From Lophium mytilinum (taxonomy: Eukaryota): a stretch of 64,000 bases of DNA. The stretch's first letter is position 1. Each line of letters starts with the position of its first letter. The position numbers and the translations under genes are program-made. The stretch is from the NCBI GenBank assembly GCA_010093605.1, contig MU004194.1:1650323-1714322 (forward strand). The letters run 5' to 3'. The notes beneath the pieces were generated by a model. That model searched no databases. It was not told where the DNA came from and saw nothing but the letters and a program-made list of their open reading frames with translations. This document shows positions 38,898-51,041 of this stretch, piece by piece.

Positions 38898-39994
38898 CTA
38901 GTCTTCACTCAATATGAACGAGTTTCCGACAGATTTATCGCTGTCGAAAAACGCATCGAGATATTTGATGGAGTAGTCCGATTCTGTTACTGGTCTTCTA
39001 CGAACACCTTCATCCCACGCAAAGCCGTACCTCAAGAAAGTGCCTATTGTAGCCGAAACACGGATTGCATCTCGCTCTTCCACTGTCAGACCTCCAACAG
39101 TTTCATCGAAGGCTTTCCAGAATTGATCCTCGAGATCTTAACAATTGGAATAGTAGTGCCATCCTTGTGAGTCCATCCAGCCAATCACATTCAAAAACTC
39201 CTACAGGGCGAAGCCAAATGGAAGTATCTTTGCCTCTGCACAGTCGATGAAGCCAGTAATCTTGCCAGTTTCGGGGTCCATGAGGATGTTTATCTCGCAG
39301 AGATCGTTGTGGGTGAGTACAAGTTGAAAATTCGCGCTGTATATAAGCGGAAGATGCGCACGAAGCTGTTGTAGGATGATCGAAAATCGTGGAGGTAAAG
39401 ATTGGGACAGCAGATCGAGATCTATCCTGTGTTGATGACGGAGTGCATTTACCTTCTCCTTTGGCAATGATTGACGACCTCTCCATGCTTGCGAAAAAAA
39501 CCTATGAATTATGAGTTTATGGGCAAGATTGAGTGTCATTTTGTTCAAAAAATATACCTGGCGAAGTCTATTACTGTAACCATTTGGCGTGACTCGCACT
39601 CTAGTTTGGATTCAGCGGTAGACTCATCATGAAACCTTGCCTCAATATGAGTGGTCCCAGATATCTTTTCCATCACATAGACAGAGAGAGGCGAAACCTC
39701 ACCCTCACCAAGAGTTCCGTGGAACGTGGTAGCTGGCACAAAGTCTGGATGAATATTTCGTGCGAGAGCCAATGTTTCCATATCAAAAGGAGAAGTCCGA
39801 GCTCTGAACTGTACTATCTTTGATTTTCGAGCTCCAGCTATTACAGTGTAGCTGAATGCTCCTTGGATCGGTGCCGGGATGATTGGACTCCCCGAAATCG
39901 AGAGCGCCATGTCATCGCATAGCTCGCGGGTAACAGATGATTGCGTCTCGAAGAATTCACTGATCCTGTCTTCTGGGGAATAGATATGCGGCAT
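38898..39994 (-). pseudogene. Aminoglycoside-phosphotransferase/kinase-like (APH) gene with two premature stops
   Basis: PIQGAFSYT, VLTHNDLCEINIL, GFIDC; intron 39557-39502. In-frame TAG 39203-39201 and TAA 39140-39138 are followed by family-like sequence (GWMDSQGWHYY, IGTFLRYGF). Confidence 0.8.
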
Positions 39995-40464
39995 TGCGTC
40001 TTCTGACGAGTCTTGGAGTCCGAGGGAACAATTGAGTGGGCATTTGCGGCGAGGACGCTTTATAGGCCTGACATGCACGCTGGGCTTGACAAAGGTGGCA
40101 TTCTTAGCAAGTATTCTCTCTCGTTCGGTCATGTGTATACCCGTCTGCCACTGCTTAAAGAGCTTTAGTAAGTTCTCATATAGCCCAAAGCTAAGAGTTC
40201 TCTTATCATTCATATTCCAAAAGATGCATCGAAGCACCAAAAACATCGGCAGAGAAGTGTATAAAACGCAGAATGCTGGAGCAGGTCATCCGGGGGGAAT
40301 TCTTCTATCATCTTACAAGGTCGAGATTCCGTATGTCGTATAATATACAGTGGTTCTACACCCAGCCGGTTATCCCAATAGTCAGTCGTGTGCACCCGAA
40401 CGTCTAAACGCCGCCCAATCCAATCCCCTTACCCAACCTAAACGCCCCCCTCCCTGTAGTCATC

Positions 40465-41148
40465 CTAAGCAATCGGCCTACTCTTCTCGTCCTCCGGCAT
40501 GCGCATATACGCATCAATCGCAGCACTGAACACCGCGAACCCCGCGCACCCCACCGCCGCCGCCTGCGGTCCCGCCGCGGCCGCGAGGGCTCCGCCGGTT
40601 ATACACCCCGCCGCGACGCCGTTGTATAAATCCGACTTTGCGCGGAAGCCTTCAATCACGCACTCGGTGCCTGAGAATATAGCACCCACTTTCCCGAAGT
40701 TCTTGGCCGAGGAGTAGGAGGCCCGCCCCATTTCGCGCATGCCGGCACGCAGTTGCTGCTTGAAGGGGAGGGCGGCGATTTCGGCGCCTTGGGCTGTGTA
40801 GGGGGTGTCGTAGCGCATCTGTATAGATTGAAGGTTAGCTTACTAAGTAGGAAGACGAGAGAGGCGGAAGGGTAGAGATGGGATGGAAGAGGACGTACAC
40901 TACTCATGAACAGCCCGAACATACCACCCAGCCCGGCGCCCATGACGCCAGACATGACGGTCTTGCCGGCGCAGCTTTCCATGCCCATTTGCATCTGTTT
41001 CGTCCATACTGTTAGCTCGGGCTTTCTCGGATTGGAGCTGAGAGAAGGTTGGGCGCCGTACGTATTTGACCATCTGCTTCTCTTGCTCGGACATCCCCGC
41101 TGTGTCATTGTTCATGCCGGGCATGCCCACGCCGCCTGGGAAAGCCAT
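40465..41148 (-). CDS. TIM22: Mitochondrial inner membrane translocase Tim22
   Basis: Exons 41148-41062, 40994-40899 and 40818-40465; [51 protein letters not shown]. Confidence 0.95.
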
Positions 41149-41724
41149 GGTGTAGTAGAGTGCGATAGGGAGAGATGTGGTACTGATGGCTGTTGGAGTT
41201 GAGGCGGATCGGGAACTTTTTTGCGGAGACGGAGGTTGCCGGACGGGATGCTTGGCATTTATTTGGGAGTTCGGTGACCGGCTTGAGTAACAGCGGTTTG
41301 TGAAGATGAGTGCTATTTACACTCTTACTAGGTATGCAATGACTGGTATGTCTATTCACTCCGAGATATTAAGAGTGGGCTAGAAAGCTTGCAACATAAT
41401 CTCTGACACTCGATCGAGATCTCGAAGCATAACAAAGTGGTTGTAGCGGGGGAGTCACAAAGTGCAAAGACAAGAGCAGATTATAGTTGTTCTTTCATTC
41501 ATCGTTGATTATCAACATAGCCCCATTCCATCCTTCACTCCATGACACAAACAGTATGCACAAGAAAGCAGCACCATCGTCTTATATGTAGACGAATCGC
41601 CACATCACTTCGCTCAACAAACCACCCAGTCTAAGCCTTCTAACCTGCTTTTGGAAGCAAAAACGCTTTTGAAGTGAAAACAAATGAAAAGCGTGTCTCA
41701 TCTCATCTATATCGTCGTCGCACG

Positions 41725-43329
41725 TTACGCTTTCCGTACTGGAGAAGCTGATCGTCCAACGTAATCGCCGCTCGCGTGGCTGGCCTCGCGAGACTCAGCG
41801 GGGGGCGTGAGGCTCTTCTCCCACTCTTTCATGAGGTGGGATGCCGTTCGTTTCAGATTGTTCGGGGAGAGCTTGACTAGGTCAGGCCAGGGGATAGAGT
41901 TGCGGTTAGAGGTCGTGTCGGGTGTTGCTACACCGAGACCGGTCGAACTGGGAGAAATTAGTACATATGGTCGTACATATCGGGAGTGGTAGCAGTACCT
42001 TGTGCTTGTCCTCGGACTGCTTCGTGCTGAGTCCTCCGAATCAGACTCGTTACTGGATTCGGTGGTGTGCTGCTCATTGGGTGTGTCCCACGTGTCCCAG
42101 CTATCTTCGAAACCATCATTGATTTTCTGGGACGACTTCTGGGGCGTTTGGGGAGTCTTTTTAGCGGTCTTCTTGACTTTCGTGCTGGTGACTGCCTTTG
42201 GCTCGTCCAAGCCGTTCTCCTTCCAGAACGACTCGCTGATGTCGATGAGGTTGGTGTCCTCGCCGCTATGCTTGTTGGAGAGACTTGCATTGCGGTTCAG
42301 GGACGGACGGCCGCTCTTGAGACTTGCCTTGCTGCTTTGTCGTTTGGCGTTCGGGCGGCCCTCGCTGTCATCTAGCTGCTGGATAGCTTCGTCACCGACG
42401 GTGGCTTGGCGCAGATCCTCGAGGAAGGTCATCAAGCCATCTTTCAAGTCGATAGCGACCCGCTTGCCTGTCTGCAGCAGGATGTCTCGTTGTATGCTAG
42501 ATAGATCGTAGCGTTCGTCTTTGATCGAGTTTGCGATGGTGGTGGCAATGTCGGGGGCGGTGGAGGTGCGAGTCAAGGGCTGGCGCTTAAGCGTCTCGTC
42601 GAGGGACTGGCGAACATCGGCAGGCTGAGGGAAGGAGGGAGTGTAGGTGACCTTATCAGGTGATAGTAAAGATAGCGTTCGAGTATGGCGGGAGCCGCTG
42701 AAGACCTTTCGCTGAGACGTCTTTGTGTTGCTGAGAAGGGCCTTTCTCCGCTCCATCTCTTTTTGCATCCACGCCGACGAGCCGTCTTGGTCGTCGTCGT
42801 CGGCGGCTACATTTGCGAGGCCGGTGTTTAGTGGTTGTAATTGCTGGACACGGCGGACCTCGTTGCGTTGCTTGAGGCCTTCATGCCTCGTCCACTGTTT
42901 TTTGAGGTCGACGAGGTCCCGCTCTGCCTTGTTGAGCTCCTCCTTCAACTCGAGCACGCGGCGCTCCTGAGCGGCGAGGACGGTGAGGAAACTGCCCTCG
43001 GTGGGAGAGGGCAGGATTTCAGGGGAAGTGATGGGGGTGGCAACCCAAGATTGCGGTCGTGAGCGTGAGGGCGAGGTGCTGCCTGCAGCGGGTGTTACGG
43101 GAAAATTGAGCGAGAGGCGCTTGCCATCTCTAACAAGGTCGGCAGACGACATGGAACGGGAATGTGAAGGGTGGGAAGTGGTGCTGGGAGAAGGGTGAGA
43201 GAGCGTGTTGGTGGTGAATGGGGTGGACGGCGCTGCGATATGCTCTGCAGGTGGAGGAGCTCTGGGACTGGCTGCACCCCCTGAGGCAGGCTCTGGGGTT
43301 GCTTGGGTTGCTGACCGCTTGCGAGCCAT
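41725..43329 (-). CDS. Coiled-coil protein, DUF4048-like
   Basis: FLTVLAAQERRVLELKEEL..LKKQW, FLEDLRQATVGDE, PWPDL..SPNNLKRTASHLMKEWE; in-frame 51-nt intron 41998-41948. Start uncertain because the frame stays open upstream. Confidence 0.75.
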   Translation of the reverse strand: MARKRSATQATPEPASGGAASPRAPPPAEHIAAPSTPFTTNTLSHPSPSTTSHPSHSRSMSSADLVRDGKRLSLNFPVTPAAGSTSPSRSRPQSWVATPITSPEILPSPTEGSFLTVLAAQERRVLELKEELNKAERDLVDLKKQWTRHEGLKQRNEVRRVQQLQPLNTGLANVAADDDDQDGSSAWMQKEMERRKALLSNTKTSQRKVFSGSRHTRTLSLLSPDKVTYTPSFPQPADVRQSLDETLKRQPLTRTSTAPDIATTIANSIKDERYDLSSIQRDILLQTGKRVAIDLKDGLMTFLEDLRQATVGDEAIQQLDDSEGRPNAKRQSSKASLKSGRPSLNRNASLSNKHSGEDTNLIDISESFWKENGLDEPKAVTSTKVKKTAKKTPQTPQKSSQKINDGFEDSWDTWDTPNEQHTTESSNESDSEDSARSSPRTSTRYCYHSRYVRPYVLISPSSTGLGVATPDTTSNRNSIPWPDLVKLSPNNLKRTASHLMKEWEKSLTPPAESREASHASGDYVGRSASPVRKA

Positions 43330-45118
43330 GTCTGCGAGTGCTAATTTCGGATCGTAGTGGGTGATGCCTCCAATGTAGCAGACGTCGCCTACACCATGGT
43401 CCAGCAGGAAGTTCAAGAAGATTGGGAGTTGCAGGTATCGAGAAAGTCGGTGGAGGAACAGCGACGTCGACGAATAGCCGTACAGCTCAAGGTGCCAAGC
43501 AAACAGGGCTATGGGCAAGCCAATCAGGCGAAGTAAGAGTCTGCCTCTCAGTAGGGACAGCCACGACTTCAGCGAGCTGGAGCCAAAGCAGCAGAAACCC
43601 ATACCAGAGGCATTTGGGACATATCGCGGGGTGAAGAGGAGAGGGATGAAAGTGCGGTGTGGGCGGGCTACTCGGGCGTGTGGGCTGGTCGTGCAGAAGA
43701 GTATTTCACGCGTGATGATCCGGCTGGGCACGGGTTGGGCCCGCGGGCTGTGTGTGGGTGTCCTGCGTGTGGCAGGCTGGTGGGAGTCAACAAAACCTGC
43801 GTGCCTGCGAGCCACAGGAGCCCCTCGATCACAGCCCGTCTGACCGCTCCCTTGCGTGCAGAGCGCTTCCACCATTCTGGCCGCTGCACCCACATGGACT
43901 GCCGCACTTCTGCAGCATCTGGCATCGGATCGTGTTCGCAGCCCGCGATGGCTGGAGTTCTGGCGTGCATCAGCCAGCGTCGCCAGCACAGCAGTCCACT
44001 GACTTGTGCCGACGCTGGGAGGTCCTGGTGGGCGGTGATATAAAAGGCTCCCGCCACCCGCGATGCCTGGTGATACAAGGGCTGGGAGGAGCAGAGTGGC
44101 TGCCAAGACGGCCGTCTCTGGGTGTGAAAAATCTGTATCCGGCACACACCGAGATTGGACGCCCGGATACCTTTCCAGACTGCTGGTCACAAGGCTGCAT
44201 TCACACAGTCGTGAAGAATGACGTCTGGTGTTGTGTATATCGGGGCAATCTCCCGTCGCAAGCGTCGGGACAGGCAGATCCTGCGCAGTGAAGTCGTGTT
44301 GTCACCGAGTCTTCATGGAATGCCCTGCAGCCATTCAAGGACCATGACAGCAAACAGCATTCTCTCGAATCGCTGGATACCAACCTGTGAACCGAGAGTC
44401 GTCCTCGGGTGTCTGGATCCTGAAGAGGAGTGGGTAGTGGATGACTTGCCGGTGGTCCAGGAACAGCCGTTGTGGACCCTGATGCTCGGCACGTGAACGC
44501 TTGGCGCATCTTACCCGAACGGGCAGCATGTTGTCTTTCTTCCAGTGAATGGCCGCCGTCGGCTGCAGAGCCCAGAGCCCAAGAGCCACCGGCCAGCCCG
44601 ACACGGTACGCGATGGTGCATCTCACTGGCTGCTAGACCCGGGGTAGCGGCAGGGTCTTTTGCAATAGCCTGCTGCATCTGTATCGTGTTCCTGCAGCAG
44701 TCTCACGGGGTGGAAGCGCTGCACGAGACGCCGTAAGCGCCTTCTCACTCACCTTACGATCTAGCAACTCCATCTGTAGCACACCTGAAGAAAACCATGT
44801 TCTCGTCTTGCCGCACTTTGAAGCGCACGGCGCTCGCTGTCTCGGTCTGAAGCGGGGCCCGGACCTCGAGCGGCGGTTTGGGCGCTGGTGCCGTCAAACC
44901 GCCGTTGCTATAACAGCTATCGATAGCGTCGCTCGTCAACACATGTCCACCACGCACCTCCTCCGTGTCTTAGCACTCCATCCTCAATCCTCCTATTCCT
45001 CCAATCTTTACCGCGCCTGCACCGAGTATCCCTTGCTTCAATCTGGCACTGGGTCGGGGCTCTGCTTAGTGTGCGCCAGTGTTATTCCTACATAACAGCA
45101 CCGTCAACACCGCGCGCA

Positions 45119-47408
45119 ATGGCCGACAACTACCAGGTCCTCGAAGAGCTCGGCAGTATGCATTCGCGATCCCACTGAGACTTTAGATGCTAATGGAATG
45201 CGCAGGTGGCAGCTTCGGAGTCGTCTACAAGGCCATTGAGCGATCCACCGGTGATCTCGTTGCCATCAAACATGTACCTTTCTCGCCCACCCTCAATTCC
45301 GCACGGCTTGATACTGACCACCACTAGATCGATTTGGAGGGCAGCGGAGATGAACTACAAGAGATCCAACAGGAGATTGCTCTGCTCAGCACCTGCGAGA
45401 GTCCATACGTTACACAATACAAGACCAGCTTCGTAAAAGGAGTCAAGCTATGGATCGTCATGGAATATCTCGGGGGAGGATCATGCTTGGACCTAGTATA
45501 ACTCACTCGTGCTACTACTTCATACCAATGCTAACGAGCCCAGATCAGACCCGGTCCCTTCAGCGAGGCTCACATCGCCATCGTCTGCCGCGAGCTCCTC
45601 CTCGGCCTCGACTATCTCCATCAGACCGGCAAAATCCACCGAGACATAAAGGCCGCCAATACCCTCCTATCACAATCCGGGAAGGTCAAGATAGCAGACT
45701 TCGGTGTGGCTGCCCAGTTGACAAACATCAAGTCGCAACGAATGACATTTGTCGGAACTCCATTCTGGATGGCACCCGAGGTAATCCAAGAGGCGGGCTA
45801 TGACTTCAAGGCGGATATCTGGTCTTTGGGTATAACTGCCATGGAACTGGCAAATGGAGAACCGCCAAACGCAGGCACACATCCCATGAAGGTCCTCTTT
45901 CTGATTCCGAAGGCTCCTGCGCCACGTCTGGAAGGCAGCCAGTGGAGTCGCGAATTCAAGGACTTCATTGCTTCATGCTTGATCAAGGACCCAGACCGAC
46001 GATCGACAGCAAAGGAGCTCTTGCGGCATAAGTTCATCCAGCGGGCTGGAAAGGTAGAAGCAATGCGGGAGCTTATTGAGCGGAAGCAAATGTTTGATGC
46101 ACAAGAAGAACAAGAGAGAGGTTCGCACCCGAGATACTACGAGGAGACGATGTAAGGGTTTGATCAAGCTTCTTCTGCATAAAAGGTACTGACTATGCTA
46201 GGCATGATATCTCACCTCGTGATGAGCAAGACGAATGGGTCTTCGACACGATCAAGCCCGCTACCATGGCACCCGCGCGGCACACATACAAGCGACGAAA
46301 GCTTGCTCGCATACCCTCTACCAGCGCCCAAGACTGCGAGGCACTCATGCAGCGACTGGACCTAAACACGGCTCCCCTTGGAAATGCACCTGACTCACCA
46401 CATCTTCGACGACCCTCTTCTCGAAAATCATCAGCTGCAACGGCATTCCGAGTCCCATCGTCATCAACTCCTACTGCACGGAGGGTCAGTGCCCAGCAAG
46501 CTCACAAACAACCTCTCGGCGTGGATCTATCCTTCGGCAACTCTCCATCTACGGTCCGCATGTTTAAACGAGTGCCATCTGGAGAACGACGAGCTGCTCT
46601 ATCCTCAAATCCTCCTGGCCATTCGTTTCATCCGAACCCGCAGGCGTCAACTTTCCGCCCGTCTCCTCCTTCCTCAATGCACCCTGAAGAAAACTCCGAG
46701 AACGCCCCACCACCTTCAGACGGTCTTCCGATCGCAGTGACGAAAGAAGCCCTCCTTGGCCGCCGCGCCTATGGTAAATGTCTCGATCCGGCGTTTCAAG
46801 AAGCCTATGCTCAAAGCGGCGCCCCTTCTCAGCGTGAAGCTATTGCCCGCGTCGCACAAGCGTGGTCGGACCTCGACCAAACGGACCCAGAAGGCGAGTT
46901 CTTACTTCTAAAGTCCATGATCGGGCGTCTTCAGGCCGATTCAAAGCTCGCATCTTCGCTGGGCATCTCATTTGCGCCCACCAGTCCTGTCAAGAACCCC
47001 ACACTGGCAATGCAGTCATCATTCTCGGGCTCCACGGTGAATGGTTCAGTTTCCACCATGTCGGGTACCACGCGTATCCGCCACAGCAAGCTCGTAGATG
47101 AGGATACAACGCCCGTATCAATGCCCACTCGCACGCCGATCAGCACCGGATCGCCCACCAAGGGACCGAAGCTCGTCATGGCGCAAAACAACCCCCATCT
47201 GAAGAGTCACCATCGCCGACGGCAAAGCGCGTTCGTTGGTTCTGGGCCGACTGGACTCGACCTCGACCGCGAGTACAGTGCTGCGGGATTGAACGAGAAG
47301 AACCTCCCCGGCCACGTCCAGCCGGGTATGGAGCATGCGGGTATGCTCGCTGATGTTCTATATGGACGCTGGATGGAGGGTTCGAGATCGAGGTGGCCGC
47401 TGGCGTGA
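45119..47408 (+). CDS. SID1: STE20/GCK-family Ser/Thr kinase, Sid1/SepL-like (septation initiation network)
   Basis: [42 protein letters not shown]; introns 45156-45205, 45274-45327, 45496-45543 and 46152-46201. Confidence 0.85.
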
Positions 47409-49409
47409 ATGCCACCTTCAAGGAAGTTGAACTATGTCATGGTAAGTCAAAGACTGATGTCATAATGCCCAAAAGCTCATAATTTCCACTTCCCTTTCTT
47501 GTATAAACCTTTTCGTGCGAGGTGGCTGGCTGGGCTCATGTGGCAGCTAGCCGGATTTTGGGAGGGAAGACTTGTATCATTTCTGTATATTCTTGTGTCT
47601 CTATTGCTCAAGTTCTGCTGCTTTTTGTTTCGGACAGGGGCGTTACGGCAGGGGAGTGCTATGCATGACTGGCTCCATGATCGAGCCGGTTTGGCGTTTG
47701 AGAATGGTAAATTCCCTCTGAAGGTGGTGAAAGATAGTTGAGACAGTGAAAAGGTGCTGGTGGGGAAGGGAATGTGTGTGATCATTCGTAGATAATGGAA
47801 CCGAGAGCTGTATCGAAACGGTGCGTATACTACCGAGTTACTTATGATACATTTTGATCACAGAGAGCGTAGGGCTGATACGAGAGATAACGGTCTGAAG
47901 TTATATCGCATAGCCTTCCCCTAGCTCACAGGTCGGTCGTGGCCGTGACTTTGTAGAATACTTGAACAACTCATAGAACCCACTTGCCTTTACTCGTATT
48001 GGTATGCTCTCCGGTAGAGGAAAAGAAAATAGAACGGTCATTTAGGCCTGAGGCATTCACTTCTATCTATCAAAAGTCCAGCTTCTATCAGAGGAGCAGA
48101 TGGATGTAAATTTCCGGTATCCTCTCGATAAAACTACTAGCCTACATGTAGTAGTCGATGCAAAACTACCTAAAAAATTCATTCCTCACTCCATCTGTAC
48201 ATGTCATTTAGACTCTCTTGGCTGGGTGTATTAGGAGTGCTTGAACGATAGGCTGCCAGTTCAGACGTTTCAGTCTCTTGATCAACTACTCGGCGATAAT
48301 TTCTTACCTTTGTAGTAGTTGATTCATCTCGGCGTCATCATCATAGCTAATAACCTCACACATCGTCTCTGAACTAATCACGCAAGATACATCTCGTACC
48401 TTCTCCAATGCTAACATCCCGAGTCTAGCCATGAGGCAGCCGCGCACCTAACCTTAAATCTTCCTTCTCTCGGTAAGTTTCGCTCCTCCTTCCGCATTGG
48501 GGAAGGAAGCCACACCCACACCCTTGCCCACCTTCCCAACCTCTCGCAAAGACCTGCGCCAGCGCTTAGCCCATATAACCCAAATAATTCTCGGCGACCT
48601 CCAGGAAAGTTGCAAAGACATCGCAAGATGTGATTATCATGATCCTTGGTTCGCCAAGAACTCTTTCCTTTTGCCTCTTTGGGAAATTCTAGGGGTTCGA
48701 GACGCGAGGCATCTCTTTTTTTGCTTTTTGGGGATCTTCTTTGGCTCGAAAGCGTAGATGGCGGAGGAGGTCTTAGAGCAGTTCTTGAAGTGTAGATTGT
48801 GTGGAGGCATAAAGTACGTTTATATGGCTTGAAGACTTCCAATGGTTTAGGGGTAGCCAGTGTGGAAAGCGCCTCCTGCCCACCGTCCTCCTTCCAATTG
48901 AGCGAGTGTAGAGGGTTGTACGGCGCTACACACACATCTTATCACCCGCATAGTTTTCGGCTGCCCTCAGGAAGGTTGCAGCAAAACGGAACTAGTATGG
49001 CCGTGGGCAAGCCTTCCATCGTCCCGCTCGTTCGGATGGAGGACGCCACGTGTTAGAATGAATTGTTTTCTCTCAAGGCAAGAAGCAATTTTGACTCTTG
49101 AGAATCTGGTACCACGTCACCTGCTCAGTACGAACAAGCTTCTTGATGAGATTATTTTGCGGATTGGAACAGCTGACAGACCTGAAAATGTGATAGTTCG
49201 TCATTTGGGTATTATAGACTGCAAAACCACGCTAATTTCTGGATAACCCTGCCACCCGGTGGTGCGTGCAGTATTGGAACCTACTCCCCAAATCACCAAG
49301 GTTCCTCCATCTCCTACTCTCATTCGTGATTCTCCTATCTCATGCCTCCTTTCCATTAAATGAATCCAATAGTTGAGGCCGCCTTGTCGCTTTAACCCTT
49401 GGGCCAGAC

Positions 49410-50982
49410 ATGTCAGAAAGAGCCGCCGCCAATTGCCATAGTTGTCGGCGCCGGAGAGTTAAGTGCGATCGGCTTCTCCCTCAATGCCAAAAGTGCTCCG
49501 TCGCTGGACTTAAGTGCATGGGCTATGGGAGACTCATATTGTGGAACACGGGGGTCGCAAGCCGTGGAAAATTGATGGGAAAGACGTTTGAAGACCCCTC
49601 AGCTTCGGGGATGAAGGATGAAAGTGCCACGGCAATGCGTTCTGCCACCTCTCAGGCTATGACCCCTACGAAAAACAGCCCAGGGCATTTCCAGAGTGTA
49701 TGGGAACCGAACGTCTCACTGGTTGATCCTCTATTGCAGGATCTTGATCATAGATCCCGACGCTACATCTCCCATTTCGCCTCACATGTCGCCCAAGACA
49801 TGGTGATCTACGACCTGCCGGAGCAGAACACGTTCCATTCGTTGCTCAAATACATTGGGTCATATCCAATGCTGCGGAATATGGTCATTGCGACGTCAGC
49901 CTACCTCTTGTCTAATCGCTTCACGCCTGATACGCGCCCCTCGACGCTTTATAACGACGCCTTGACAGCAAAGCATCGAGCGATAGGCATGTTAAGGCCA
50001 GCGTTGCAAAACATCGATACAATGGACCCTAACATTGTCCTGGCCTCGATTACGCTCTTCATTCTCTTTGAACTGATTGATTCAGGGAAGAACAGCTGGA
50101 GAATCCATGTTGAGGGCGCGAAGATGCTGTTGCTCCATTACAACAGTCAGCAAAGCTATGAGAGTGTCTCTACCCCTCTGATGAGCGATGCCGCCAATGC
50201 TGGCCTTATCTCGGAGTGCATAGTGTATGTGCCACTGTCCCTCCTCGTCCTTGCTGACACTGACATACTGAGTTAGGTTCGACATAATTGGTTCCACTAT
50301 TTCGGGCGCGAGATCGAAGTCGCTCAATTATGAAAGCCATGGTGTCAACCCCCGTCCTTTCGTGGAACTCGCCGAGATGAACAACTGCTTTTCGTTCCCC
50401 GCGGAACTTCTTCAGCTTATCCTTGACACAACAAGCCTCGCCAACCGAGACCGAACTTGCGAGGCGAATATGGAAATAGAGGCGACCATTTTAATCGAAT
50501 CAGTAGAAAGCTTCGACCCGCTGACGTGGGCAGCAAGACTTCAGTCACAATCGCCTTACAATGACATCGAGGAGCGCGTCTTGGTTGCTTCAGCTCTCAA
50601 AGCAGCGGTTTGTCTCTTTATCTGGAGGAGTCTCTATTCTATTATTCCGAACGGTCTGACGACGGCGATTCGTAACATTCTTCTCTCCGACATATTCTAT
50701 CATCTTGCGCAGATCGAGACCGGGAGCCCTCTATTCAAGGCAACTGCCTGGCCGTGCTTCATCGCAGGGGCGGAAACCAATGACGCCGTCGAGCAGAGCT
50801 GGGTTGTGGATCGTTTAAGGTCTTACTACAACCTCATGCCATGGAACTACATTATTAGTATGATTGAGGTGCTCGGATTTATATGGTCTCTAAAAACGCA
50901 CTCTAGCACCGAAAATCATCAAGTCGATGTGAACTGGCTTCAAGCCATCAAGGAACGGGGTATCGATCACTTTGTGGCCTGA
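49410..50982 (+). CDS. Zn(II)2Cys6 transcription factor, ACR-2-like (Fungal_trans_2 type)
   Basis: CHSCRRRRVKCDRLLPQCQKCSVAGLKCMGY, WNTGVASRGKLMGK, WRIHVEGA, ATAWPCFIAGAE; intron 50225-50276. Confidence 0.88.
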
Positions 50983-51041
50983 CACAAGAATATCAAACAT
51001 CGGAATTGATCTAGAAATGCTACAAAGTAAAAGACTTTACA

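Noticed and set aside
39201..39203. TAG at a probable Trp codon as an A-to-I editing-corrected stop
   Set aside because: A second in-frame stop (TAA) follows 21 codons later, so a pseudogene is the simpler explanation.
3140..41998. Several stop-free introns of length 3n (delta-COP 51 nt, ATP12 54, OSH 54, DUF4048-like 51, TF 42/48)
   Set aside because: About five among roughly thirty short introns is close to chance expectation; they simply explain read-through in the ORF track.
48200..48935. Possible decayed gene on the minus strand
   Set aside because: Coding-like composition but many stops and no identifiable motif; BLASTX would be needed.
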